Positions 17,180 through 26,073 of a DNA stretch of 64,000 bases are shown in pieces; position 1 is the first letter of the stretch, and every line of letters starts with the position of its first letter. The stretch covers positions 26,273 to 90,272 of the forward strand of contig JAGWOI010000001.1 of NCBI GenBank assembly GCA_028870995.1, given 5' to 3'. A program made the position numbers and the translations under genes. The notes beneath the pieces are model-generated. The model was not told the DNA's origin, searched no databases, and saw nothing but the letters and a program-made list of their open reading frames with translations. This DNA comes from Candidatus Omnitrophota bacterium. Lineage in GTDB: Bacteria; Omnitrophota; Gorgyraeia; Zapsychrales; Fredricksoniimonadaceae.

Positions 17180-19957
17180 ATGCTGGCCGCAATTTTGAAT
17201 ATTATTGTTCTTTTATTTCTGTCAGGAATGCCGGTCTGTGCCCAGACAGCGGGCTCTAACCCGGCCGCCCCCGCCAAGGCCGCGACCGGCAATGATGATT
17301 GCCTGGCCTGCCACGCCGATGCCAGTCAGGCGCCGTTTGTTGATCAGGATAAATTTAAGGCTTCGGTGCATGGCAGGCAGTTGTGCACGGATTGCCACAT
17401 CGATTTAATCGGGAGTGATTTTCCCCATAAAACACCTTTGCCGGTCGATTGCGGCCGCTGCCATGCCGGACAAAAGGCTTTGTTTGCCGCCAGTATCCAC
17501 GGCCAGGCCCTGGCCCATGGGGACAAACTGGCGCCACGGTGCGTTAACTGCCATGGAAATCATTATATCCTTCCGGTTAAGAGCAGAAATTCTCAGGTAG
17601 CGCCGCTGAACATTCCTTTTGTCTGCGGTTCCTGCCATAGCGAGGGCAAGCCGGTTTCAGAGCAGCGGCAGATCCCCGAACATCATATCCTGGAAAATTA
17701 TTCCGAGAGCATGCACGGTGAAGCCCTTCTTAAAAAGGGTTTGAGCGTCACCGCCACCTGCGCCTCCTGCCACCGGGCCCACGAGATCCTGCCTCCCGCG
17801 GACCCGCGTTCTTCCATCGCCCGCGGCAATATCGTCAAGACCTGCTTGCAATGCCACAGCCAGATCGAGAAGGTGCACCGTAAGATCATCAAAGGCGAGT
17901 TGTGGGAAAAAAGCCCGCAGAGCATTCCGGTCTGTGTGGACTGCCATCAGCCTCATAAGATACGCAAGGTTTATTATGCAGCCGGGGAGGCCGACAAGGA
18001 TTGTTTGACCTGTCACGGCAAGAAGGATATTGTTTCTTCCAAGGATCACCGTTCGCTTTATGTCGATGAGAACCAGCTCAGTAATTCCATCCATGCCAAG
18101 GTGGCCTGCGCCCAGTGCCATGCCCAGGTTTCAGTTTCTCATGCAAGGCCTTGCGAAACCATCACCAAAAAAGTGGATTGCTCGATCTGCCATAGCCAGC
18201 AGGTCGAACTTTACCAGCAGGGGATCCATGGCAAATTGTTCAATGCCGGCAATCCCAATGCGCCTTCGTGTGCGGAGTGTCACGGCACCCACGGCATCCT
18301 GTCGCATAAAAATATTAATGCGCCCACCTATCCGACCCATATTCCCGGTCTTTGCGGCCGCTGCCACCGCGAGGGCAAGCAGGCCGCCGTGCTCTACAAA
18401 GGGACCGAACATAATATTCCTAAAAATTATGTGGAAAGCATTCATGGCAAGGGCCTGCTGCAAAGCGGGCTGGTGGTGACCGCGACCTGCGTCAGCTGCC
18501 ATACGGCCCACAAGCAGCTTCCTGCCTCTGATCCCGGCTCCACGGTGAACCGCAACAATATCGCATTGACTTGTTCAGCCTGCCACCAGGGCGTCTATGA
18601 GCAATACGTCAAGAGCGTGCATGCCGTGGACGGCGGCAAGAATTCCGGCAAGCTGCCCGTGTGTAATGACTGTCACACGGCACATACCATCAAAAGGACG
18701 GACCAGAACGCCTTTAAATTCGGGATCATGAACACCTGCGGTAAGTGCCATCGGGCCATTGCCGAGACGTACTTCCAGACGGTGCATGGGAAAATTTCCA
18801 AGTTGGGCTACACGAAGGCCGCCAAATGCCAGGATTGTCACGGTTCCCACCAGATTTACCGGGTGACCGATCCGCGCTCAACGTTGAGCCGTCAGAACAT
18901 CGTGCATACCTGCCGGCAATGCCATCAAGGCGCCACCCGACGTTTTGCCGGTTACCTGACCCATGCCACCCACCATGACCCCAAGAAATACCCTTGGATA
19001 TTCTGGACCTTCTGGTGCATGACCGCCTTGCTGGTGGGCACTTTCAGTGTCAGCCTGTTGCACACCTTGTTGTGGCTGCCCAAATCTCTGGAAATGCGAA
19101 GGCTTTATCCGCAAAAGCACATTGTTTCCAAGGAAAAGCAGTATGTGCGTTTCCCGGTGTTCTACCGCATCCTGCACATCATCATGATCATCAGTTTTAT
19201 GACGCTGACCACCACCGGCATGACACTGAAATTTTCTTATGCACATTGGGCGCAGTTTGTTTCAAGGGTCCTGGGCGGTTTCGCGGTCACCGGTTTTCTG
19301 CACCGCTGCGCGGCGGTGGCGTTGTTGGGCATTTTTGCGGCCCATATCTGGCAGGTGTTCAATCAAAAACGTACCGAAAACAAGAGCCTGAAGCAAATTC
19401 TTTTCGGTCCTGACAGCATTCTCTTTGCCAGGAAGGATTGGCGTGAATTTTTGGCCACCGTAAAGTGGTATGCCGGCAAAGGTCCGTACCCGCAATACGG
19501 CAAGTGGACCTACTGGGAAAAATTTGATTATTTTGCCGTTCTGTGGGGGATCATGGTCATAGGCACCTCGGGGCTGATGCTGTGGTTTCCCGAGGGCTTC
19601 ACCCATTTCCTGCCGGGATGGGTCATCAATGTCGCCACCATCATTCATAGCGACGAAGCCTTGCTGGCCGCGGGTTTTATTTTTACCGTGCATTTCTTCA
19701 ACACCCATTTCAGGCCGGAGAAATTCCCCATGGACACGGTGATCTTCACCGGGCGTATGTCCGTCGAGGACCTGAAGCGCGAGCGGCCCAAGGAATACGA
19801 GGCCCTGATGGCCAACGGAGAGCTTGAAAAGAACCTGGCCGAGCCGCTGTCACCGGCAAGGATCCTGGCCATCCGCATCTTCGGCTGGACCGCGCTTTCC
19901 ATCGGATTGGTGCTGGTTATGTGCATCATCTACACCATGATCTTCGGTTACAGGTAA
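17180..19957 (+). CDS. 19-haem c-type cytochrome fused to a dihaem b-type cytochrome membrane domain (extended CbcL-like protein)
   Basis: Start placed at ATG 17180, which follows a GGGAG motif. The ORF-track start at 17156 overlaps the upstream stop. 19 CxxCH motifs counted from CLACH to CRQCH. C-terminal 5-TM His-containing b-type domain from about 18983. Confidence 0.75.
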   Translation: MLAAILNIIVLLFLSGMPVCAQTAGSNPAAPAKAATGNDDCLACHADASQAPFVDQDKFKASVHGRQLCTDCHIDLIGSDFPHKTPLPVDCGRCHAGQKALFAASIHGQALAHGDKLAPRCVNCHGNHYILPVKSRNSQVAPLNIPFVCGSCHSEGKPVSEQRQIPEHHILENYSESMHGEALLKKGLSVTATCASCHRAHEILPPADPRSSIARGNIVKTCLQCHSQIEKVHRKIIKGELWEKSPQSIPVCVDCHQPHKIRKVYYAAGEADKDCLTCHGKKDIVSSKDHRSLYVDENQLSNSIHAKVACAQCHAQVSVSHARPCETITKKVDCSICHSQQVELYQQGIHGKLFNAGNPNAPSCAECHGTHGILSHKNINAPTYPTHIPGLCGRCHREGKQAAVLYKGTEHNIPKNYVESIHGKGLLQSGLVVTATCVSCHTAHKQLPASDPGSTVNRNNIALTCSACHQGVYEQYVKSVHAVDGGKNSGKLPVCNDCHTAHTIKRTDQNAFKFGIMNTCGKCHRAIAETYFQTVHGKISKLGYTKAAKCQDCHGSHQIYRVTDPRSTLSRQNIVHTCRQCHQGATRRFAGYLTHATHHDPKKYPWIFWTFWCMTALLVGTFSVSLLHTLLWLPKSLEMRRLYPQKHIVSKEKQYVRFPVFYRILHIIMIISFMTLTTTGMTLKFSYAHWAQFVSRVLGGFAVTGFLHRCAAVALLGIFAAHIWQVFNQKRTENKSLKQILFGPDSILFARKDWREFLATVKWYAGKGPYPQYGKWTYWEKFDYFAVLWGIMVIGTSGLMLWFPEGFTHFLPGWVINVATIIHSDEALLAAGFIFTVHFFNTHFRPEKFPMDTVIFTGRMSVEDLKRERPKEYEALMANGELEKNLAEPLSPARILAIRIFGWTALSIGLVLVMCIIYTMIFGYR

Positions 19958-20095
19958 GCCCCTACGTAGTTTTGTACGTAGTAGTACTGATTTACCAGGG
20001 CAGGGAGAGGGATTAAGATTAACCACAATATGTAGTGGTAGTTCCTTCTCCTGTTATCAACAGGTAGTGTTTTAAAAACGAAAGGAGAAAGGGTC

Positions 20096-20329
20096 ATGAA
20101 GGTCATTGACAAGCGGGTCAAAAAAATCATCGAAGCCCCCAAGCAAAAACGCCTCTCCGGGCATTCCATCCCTAATTTTGAGAACTACATCAAAAGGATC
20201 GAGAAGAAAGCCTATGAGCTTTATGAGAAGCGCGGGTGTTGCCATGGACATGACCAGGAAGACTGGCTGGAGGCCAAAAGACTCGTTGAAGATGAATTGT
20301 GTAAGGGAACAGCGGTTTTTGATATATAA
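20096..20329 (+). CDS. DUF2934-family small protein
   Basis: 77 aa. C-terminal A-Y-E-L-Y-E-K-R-G...DW-L-E-A-K motif characteristic of DUF2934. Confidence 0.5.
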   Translation: MKVIDKRVKKIIEAPKQKRLSGHSIPNFENYIKRIEKKAYELYEKRGCCHGHDQEDWLEAKRLVEDELCKGTAVFDI

Positions 20330-20366
20330 ACAAGGGTGAACCCCAAATCCTTAAGGAGGGCACGGC

Positions 20367-22469
20367 ATGGCTGTCAGCTTATTCACTACCATCGTCAAGC
20401 GTAATGGAAAGAAAGAGGACTTTAATCCCCAGAAGATCGTCGGGGCCATTGCTAAAGCCGGCCAGGCCACGGGTGAATTCAATGAGGAAGTCGCCCGAAA
20501 ATTGGCGGTTCGGGTGGTCAATATCGCCCAGCAGATGTTTCCCAATGAACCGACGGTGGAAGGTATCCAGGATATTGTGGAAGATGTCCTTATTTCTTCG
20601 CCCTACCGCAAGACGACCAAGGCCTATATCCTTTACCGCCAGCAGCATGCCGAGATGCGCTCCATTGCCTCCAAGTTCAATACGGACCTGGTGGACCAAT
20701 ACTTGGGACAAAATGACTGGCGCGTCAATGAGAACAGCAACATGGCCTATTCCCTCCAGGGCTTAAACCACTATATATCGTCGGAAGTCAGCAAAATTTA
20801 TTGGCTGAACAAAATTTATCCCGTTTCCATCAAAGAAGCGCACCAGAACGGTGATTTTCACGTCCATGACCTGGGGCTTTTGAGCGTGTATTGTGTGGGT
20901 TGGGATTTGCAAGACCTGTTGGCTCAAGGATTCAAGGGTGTTTCCGGAAAAATGGAAAGCCGTCCGGCCAAGCACCTGCGCACCGCGCTCGGGCAGATCA
21001 TCAATTTCTTTTACACCCTGCAAGGGGAGGCGGCCGGTGCCCAGGCCTTTTCGAATTTCGATACCCTGCTGGCGCCCTTTATCCGCTACGACGGGCTGAC
21101 CTATGAGGCTGTCAAGCAGGTGCTGCAGGAGTTTGTTTTTAACATCAACGTGCCCACGCGTGTCGGGTTTCAAACACCCTTTACCAATATCACCATGGAC
21201 TTGACTGTACCCAGTTATTTCGCCAATCAGGGGGTCATTATCGGCGGGGAAGTCCAAAAGGAGACCTATGGAGAGTTCCAGAAGGAACTCGACATGTTCA
21301 ACAAGGCCTTCCTTGAAGTCATGCTGGCCGGCGACGCTAAAGGCCGGGTGTTCACCTTCCCGATACCGACCTACAATATGACCAAGGATTTTGATTGGGA
21401 TAATCCGAACCTGACCCTGCTTTGGGAAATGACCGCCAAGTACGGCATTCCTTATTTCTCCAATTTCATCAATTCGGACATGAATCCCGAGGATGCGCGC
21501 AGCATGTGCTGCCGCCTGCGCCTGGACAACCGTGAACTGCGCAGCCGCGGCGGCGGGCTGTTCGGCGCCTCTCCATTGACGGGTTCCATCGGGGTCGTGA
21601 CCATCAACCTGCCCCGCATCGGTTATGTGGCTAGGGACGAAGCTGAGTTCTTCGCCATCCTCGAGGACAAAATGAAACTGGCCAAGGAAAGCCTGGAGAT
21701 CAAGCGCAAGGTGCTTGAGCAGTTTACCGAGGGGAACCTGTACCCGTATATCAAGTTTTACCTGCGCAATATCAAAAAACGTTTCAATCAATACTGGAAA
21801 AACCACTTCTCCACCATCGGCCTGTTGGGCATGAACGAAGCCTGCTTGAATTTGCTGGGCCAGCCCATCGCCAGCCCCCAGGGGAAGGACTTTGCCGTGC
21901 GGGTGCTGAGCTTCATGAGGGACAAGTTAATGGACTTCCAGCAGGAGACCGGAAATATTTACAATCTGGAGGCCACTCCGGCCGAGGGCACCTCCTACAG
22001 CCTGGCCAGGATGGACAAGACCATGTATCCCGACATCATCTGTGCCAATGAAGAGCGCTATGCAAAGGGTTTCGAGCCTTTTTATTCCAATTCCAGCCAT
22101 CTGCCCGTGCAGCATACGGAAGATATTTTTGAGGCCCTCGACCATCAGGACGATCTGCAGACGCTTTATACAGGCGGGACGGTCCTGCACGGTTTCGTGG
22201 GCGAGCGCATCGGCGATCCGACGGCCTTAAAGAGCCTGGTGCGCTGCATTTGCTATAAATACCGCCTGCCGTACTTTACCATCACCCCAACTTTCAGCGT
22301 TTGCCCCAGCTGCGGGTATCTGGCGGGTGAACACCAGGTGTGCGATTCATGCGGTAATGAATGCGAAGTTTATTCACGGGTGGTCGGCTACTTAAGACCC
22401 GTCAAACAATGGAACAAGGGTAAGAAGGAGGAGTTCAAGAAACGCCGAACCTATCATGTATGCGCATAG
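20367..22469 (+). CDS. nrdD: Anaerobic ribonucleoside-triphosphate reductase (class III RNR)
   Basis: N-terminal ATP-cone (VKRNGKKEDFNPQKIVGAI). C-terminal CPSCG...CDSCG zinc ribbon. Glycyl-radical region RVVGYLRPV near the C-terminus. Confidence 0.9.
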   Translation: MAVSLFTTIVKRNGKKEDFNPQKIVGAIAKAGQATGEFNEEVARKLAVRVVNIAQQMFPNEPTVEGIQDIVEDVLISSPYRKTTKAYILYRQQHAEMRSIASKFNTDLVDQYLGQNDWRVNENSNMAYSLQGLNHYISSEVSKIYWLNKIYPVSIKEAHQNGDFHVHDLGLLSVYCVGWDLQDLLAQGFKGVSGKMESRPAKHLRTALGQIINFFYTLQGEAAGAQAFSNFDTLLAPFIRYDGLTYEAVKQVLQEFVFNINVPTRVGFQTPFTNITMDLTVPSYFANQGVIIGGEVQKETYGEFQKELDMFNKAFLEVMLAGDAKGRVFTFPIPTYNMTKDFDWDNPNLTLLWEMTAKYGIPYFSNFINSDMNPEDARSMCCRLRLDNRELRSRGGGLFGASPLTGSIGVVTINLPRIGYVARDEAEFFAILEDKMKLAKESLEIKRKVLEQFTEGNLYPYIKFYLRNIKKRFNQYWKNHFSTIGLLGMNEACLNLLGQPIASPQGKDFAVRVLSFMRDKLMDFQQETGNIYNLEATPAEGTSYSLARMDKTMYPDIICANEERYAKGFEPFYSNSSHLPVQHTEDIFEALDHQDDLQTLYTGGTVLHGFVGERIGDPTALKSLVRCICYKYRLPYFTITPTFSVCPSCGYLAGEHQVCDSCGNECEVYSRVVGYLRPVKQWNKGKKEEFKKRRTYHVCA

Positions 22470-23134
22470 GCGGGTTCCAGCAGTTTTCTCTGATCGATTA
22501 TCCGGGGAAGATGGCCGCCATTGTGTTTACTCAAGGGTGTAATTTCCGCTGCGGCTACTGCTATAACCCGCGGCTGGTCTGTCCCAAGCAGTTCGAAGCG
22601 CCCCTGGATGAGGCGGCCATCTTCGAGTTTTTGGAAATGCGCCGGGGAAAGCTGGAAGGGGTGGTGGTCACCGGCGGGGAGCCCACCATCCAATCAGGAT
22701 TGGTGGATTTTTTAGGCAAATTAAAAGCCATGAACTACGCCGTGAAGCTGGACACCAACGGCAGCAACCCGGACGTCCTGGCGGGTGTTATCGATTTGAA
22801 GCTGGTGGATTTTATCGCCATGGACATCAAGACGTCCATGGCCAAGTATGAAAAGGTCATCGGTGTCAAACCCGACCTTGAACGCATCAAACAAAGCATC
22901 AACCTGATCCTTAACAGCGGGGTGCGCTGCCAGTTCAGGACGACCTTGCTTAAACCCCACTGCACCGAAGAAGATTTAAAGGAAATCCAGAAGATGATCG
23001 GTGATTCGAGGCAATACGTGCTTCAGTTATTTATGCCTTCCTCTAGTATTATCGACAAAAGCCTCTTAGAGCAGGAACACTATACCCGCAATGAAGTGCA
23101 GCGTTTAAGGCTGTTGTTTCAAAGAGGTTTTTAA
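22460..23134 (+). CDS. nrdG: Anaerobic ribonucleotide reductase activating protein (radical SAM)
   Basis: CNFRCGYC cluster motif near the N-terminus. Immediately downstream of nrdD, overlapping it by 10 nt. Confidence 0.85.
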   Translation: MRIGGFQQFSLIDYPGKMAAIVFTQGCNFRCGYCYNPRLVCPKQFEAPLDEAAIFEFLEMRRGKLEGVVVTGGEPTIQSGLVDFLGKLKAMNYAVKLDTNGSNPDVLAGVIDLKLVDFIAMDIKTSMAKYEKVIGVKPDLERIKQSINLILNSGVRCQFRTTLLKPHCTEEDLKEIQKMIGDSRQYVLQLFMPSSSIIDKSLLEQEHYTRNEVQRLRLLFQRGF

Positions 23135-23171
23135 GTCCTGCCGCACGCTCGGTCCGGTTCTAAAAGAAAAC

Positions 23172-23199
23172 TTGAGTATATTGATAAATATATTATAAT
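23172..23199 (+). promoter_or_regulatory. Sigma70-type promoter (TTGAGT, 16-nt spacer, TATAAT) upstream of tRNA-Val
   Basis: Near-consensus -35/-10 hexamers with 16-nt spacing about 25 nt upstream of the tRNA 5' end. Confidence 0.5.
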
Positions 23200-23224
23200 G
23201 GACAGCTTAGCCTGAGAAAATTTA

Positions 23225-23302
23225 AGGACTCATGGCTCAGCTGGTTAGAGCGTCGCCCTCACATGGCGAAGGTCGAAGGTTCGAGTCCTTCTGAGTCCAC
23301 CA
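23225..23302 (+). tRNA. tRNA-Val (anticodon CAC) with encoded CCA end
   Basis: Cloverleaf structure. 7-bp acceptor stem ggactca/tgagtcc. D-loop AGCTGGTTAGAGC. Anticodon loop cTCACAt. T-arm GGTTCGAGTCC. 3' ACCA. Confidence 0.85.
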
Positions 23303-23320
23303 TCTATTATTGAGGTAACT

Positions 23321-24052
23321 ATGGCGGTGGCCGGCCAAAATCTGAAAGACCAATTAAAAAAACTGGTTGAATTGCAGGTCATAGACGAAGAGATTTTTCG
23401 TTATAAGCGCGAATTGCGCGAGAAGCCGGCCGAAGTCGAGACGCTTAAGGCCCAATTTGAAGCCAAGAAAGCAAGGCTAAAGCAGCTGGAAGAGAAGCTG
23501 AAGGTCATTCAAGTGTCGCAAAAGGAGATGGAATTGGATCTCAAGGCCAAGGAAGAAGGGATCGCCAAGGCCGATGGTTCCCTGAGCCTTTTGAAGACCA
23601 ATAAGGAATACCAGGCCCGGCTGCTTGAAATTGAAAACCAGAAGGCCGATAAATCACAGGTCGAGGAAAAGATCCTGTTGGGCTATGATGAGTTGGAGGC
23701 GGCCCGCAAGGCCCTGGAGGCTGAAAAGGCGGTGGTAGCCCAATACGAAAAAGATTTCAATGCCGCCAAGAAAAAACTAGACGATGAAGTGGCGGTGATC
23801 AACGACCAGCTGAAGGTCAAGGAATCGCAGCGCATCCGCGTCGCCCCCGAGGTCAGGCCTGATTTTTTAAGCCGTTATGAGCGCATTTTGAACAATAAGG
23901 ACGGCTTGGGGATCGTCAAGATCGTTGACCATACCTGCGGCGGCTGTTTCATGCATGTGACCGAGCAGGTCATCAATGAACTTAAGAAATACGAGGAGCT
24001 GGTGAGCTGCGACCAGTGCGCCAGGATCCTGTACCTGGCCGACGAGCTATGA
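23321..24052 (+). CDS. Coiled-coil zinc-ribbon domain protein (COG1579 family)
   Basis: About 200 aa of heptad-rich coiled coil, then CGGCFMHV...CDQCARIL C-terminal zinc ribbon. This family commonly lies upstream of rnhA and rnpB. Confidence 0.65.
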   Translation: MAVAGQNLKDQLKKLVELQVIDEEIFRYKRELREKPAEVETLKAQFEAKKARLKQLEEKLKVIQVSQKEMELDLKAKEEGIAKADGSLSLLKTNKEYQARLLEIENQKADKSQVEEKILLGYDELEAARKALEAEKAVVAQYEKDFNAAKKKLDDEVAVINDQLKVKESQRIRVAPEVRPDFLSRYERILNNKDGLGIVKIVDHTCGGCFMHVTEQVINELKKYEELVSCDQCARILYLADEL

Positions 24053-24504
24053 GGCTGGAGATCTTCACCGACGGAGGTTCTTCGGGAAATCCCGGACCGT
24101 CGGCCGTTGGGGTGGTCATTAAAGAAGGCCCCGACACCATAAAAACCTTGTCCCGTTTCATCGGCCAAGGCACCAACAATATCGCTGAATACACGGCACT
24201 GATTTACGGGCTGCAGGAAGCCCTGATCTTAAAAGCGGACGAGGTCAGCGTCAAAACCGACAGCGAACTGATGTATAAGCAGCTGCGCGGCCTCTATGCG
24301 GTTAAGCATGCGCATATCAAACCGCTTTTTGACCAGGTCCAGCGTTTAATCGCGGGGTTTAAGTTGTTTCAGATCGCGCATGTGCCCCGCGAACAGAATA
24401 AAGAGGCGGACGCGCTGGTCCGTCAGGCCTTGAAAAAAGCACGTCAGGATGGCCGCTGCGATGCCAACGGCGTTGCAGAGGAAAGTCCGAGCTCCAAAGG
24501 ATGA
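24049..24504 (+). CDS. rnhA: Ribonuclease H I
   Basis: MRLEIFTDGGSSGNPGP...TNNIAEYTALIYGL RNase H fold with DEDD residues. Start at ATG 24049 (ATGA overlap with the upstream gene) rather than the ORF-track 24016. Confidence 0.8.
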   Translation: MRLEIFTDGGSSGNPGPSAVGVVIKEGPDTIKTLSRFIGQGTNNIAEYTALIYGLQEALILKADEVSVKTDSELMYKQLRGLYAVKHAHIKPLFDQVQRLIAGFKLFQIAHVPREQNKEADALVRQALKKARQDGRCDANGVAEESPSSKG

Positions 24505-24778
24505 TGCATCCCGGTAATGCGGGACCGTTCGCCGCAAGGCGGATGAGGATCAGAGCTACAGTGACGATGCCCCCGCCACGAAGTATGGCGGGGGAGTGAA
24601 ACGAGCAATCTCTGCATGGAGCAATGCCAAATAGGAGGGGAAACCGCAAGGTACGGGGCGATCCGTCCCGTCATAACCCTCGGGTAGGCTGCCAGATATC
24701 CGCCAGAGGCGGATGTTAGTCAAATGGCCATCGCCCCTGCAAAGGGGTTACAGAACTCGGCTTATTGAGGTGCTTTTT
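24434..24778 (+). ncRNA. rnpB: RNase P RNA (bacterial type A)
   Basis: Conserved GAGGAAAGUCCGAGCUCC (P4 5' strand) at about 24479 and ACAGAACUCGGCUUA (P4 3' strand) at about 24749. The P1 helix pairs aaaagcac (24436-24443) with gugcuuuu (24769-24776). Total length about 345 nt. Confidence 0.75.
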
Positions 24779-24825
24779 AGTTTAATAATAAACGTACGAC
24801 AAGCAAGAAATAGGGGGTATTTGTA

Positions 24826-25584
24826 ATGTCAGGTCATTCAAAATGGGCAAAGATCAAACATAAAAAAGGCGCGGAAGACGCCAAGCGCGGTGCATTGTTC
24901 ACCAAGCTCAGCAAGGAAATTACAGCTGCGGCCAAGGAAAAGGGCGGCAATATGGACACCAATTTCCGCCTGCGCGCGGCGGTGGCCCGTGCCCGTGAAT
25001 ATAACATGCCCCAAAACAACGTTGAGAACGCCATCAAGAAGGGAACCGGCGAAATCCCGGGTATTGTTTTTGAAAACGTGGCTTTCGACGTCCGCATGGG
25101 CATCGTGGCCATTCTCATTGACGGCCTGACCGACAATAAAAACCGCACCACGGCGGAAATCCGCAATCTTTTAAATAAAAAGGGCGCCTCCCTGGCTGCG
25201 GTCGGTTCTTCAGCACGCTTGTTCAGCAAAAAGGGCTATCTGGCGGTCGACAAGTCCAAGATCGGCGAAGATGCTCTTATTGAAGCCGCCCTTGATGCCG
25301 GTGCCGAGGATGTCAAGACCGAAGGCGAAGCCTACGAGATTTATTGCGACCCAACCCAGCTGGAAGCGGTCAAGAATGCGCTGACAGCCAAGAATATCGA
25401 GACCACTTCCGCCGAAGTGACCATGGTGCCTGATCCCAATATGGTCGTCAAGGTTGAAGGCAATGACGCCAAAAGCGTCCTGGGCCTGATTGAGGCGCTG
25501 GAAGAGCACGAAGATATCCAGAACGTGTACGCTAATTTTGATATTTCTGACGAGGAAATGGCCAAGATTTCTGCTGAAGAATAA
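24826..25584 (+). CDS. yebC: YebC/PmpR-family transcriptional regulator
   Basis: MSGHSKWAKIKHKKGAEDAKRG N-terminus diagnostic of the YebC family. Confidence 0.9.
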   Translation: MSGHSKWAKIKHKKGAEDAKRGALFTKLSKEITAAAKEKGGNMDTNFRLRAAVARAREYNMPQNNVENAIKKGTGEIPGIVFENVAFDVRMGIVAILIDGLTDNKNRTTAEIRNLLNKKGASLAAVGSSARLFSKKGYLAVDKSKIGEDALIEAALDAGAEDVKTEGEAYEIYCDPTQLEAVKNALTAKNIETTSAEVTMVPDPNMVVKVEGNDAKSVLGLIEALEEHEDIQNVYANFDISDEEMAKISAEE

Positions 25585-25587
25585 TCT

Positions 25588-26073
25588 ATGCGCATTTTAG
25601 GCATTGATCCCGGCCTTGTCACCACGGGCTACGGCGTCGTCGCCCTTGAAGGCGGCGGCGTCAAGATCCTGGAGGCCGGCACCATCGAGCCTGATCCCAA
25701 GGAACTTCTTGAAAACAGGCTCTTGAGGCTGCATGGCCACATCACGACCGTCCTTAAAGACTATCAGCCGGATGTGGTGGTTCTCGAAAAACTGTATGCT
25801 CATTACAAACACCCCGCCACGGCGCCGGTTTTAGGCCACGTGCGCGGGGTGATTTGTTTAAGCGTCGCCCAGCAGAAGATCAAGCTGGTTGAGCAAAGCC
25901 CGAAACGCATCCGCAAGGCGCTCATGGGCAACGGCAACGCCACCAAGGTGCAGGTCCAGGAATTTGTCAAAAGGGTGTTGAATATCAAATCCCCGGCGTT
26001 TAAATTAGATGCGAGCGATGCCTTAGGCCTTGCCCTGGGGCAGGCGCACATGATGCGGTATAAATTGATATGA
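25588..26073 (+). CDS. ruvC: Holliday junction resolvase RuvC
   Basis: MRILGIDPGLVTTGYGV start and correct length. Followed by ruvA. Confidence 0.9.
   Translation: MRILGIDPGLVTTGYGVVALEGGGVKILEAGTIEPDPKELLENRLLRLHGHITTVLKDYQPDVVVLEKLYAHYKHPATAPVLGHVRGVICLSVAQQKIKLVEQSPKRIRKALMGNGNATKVQVQEFVKRVLNIKSPAFKLDASDALGLALGQAHMMRYKLI

Noticed and set aside
17657-18511. Several 120-150-aa minus-strand ORFs within the 19-haem cytochrome gene
   Set aside because: They are antisense to a frame carrying 19 regularly spaced CxxCH motifs. No independent support.
20763-21806. 347-aa ORF on the minus strand lying entirely inside nrdD
   Set aside because: It is antisense to a gene whose product shows clear ATP-cone, glycyl-radical and zinc-ribbon motifs. 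GC-rich antisense frames often stay open. It has no recognisable domain.
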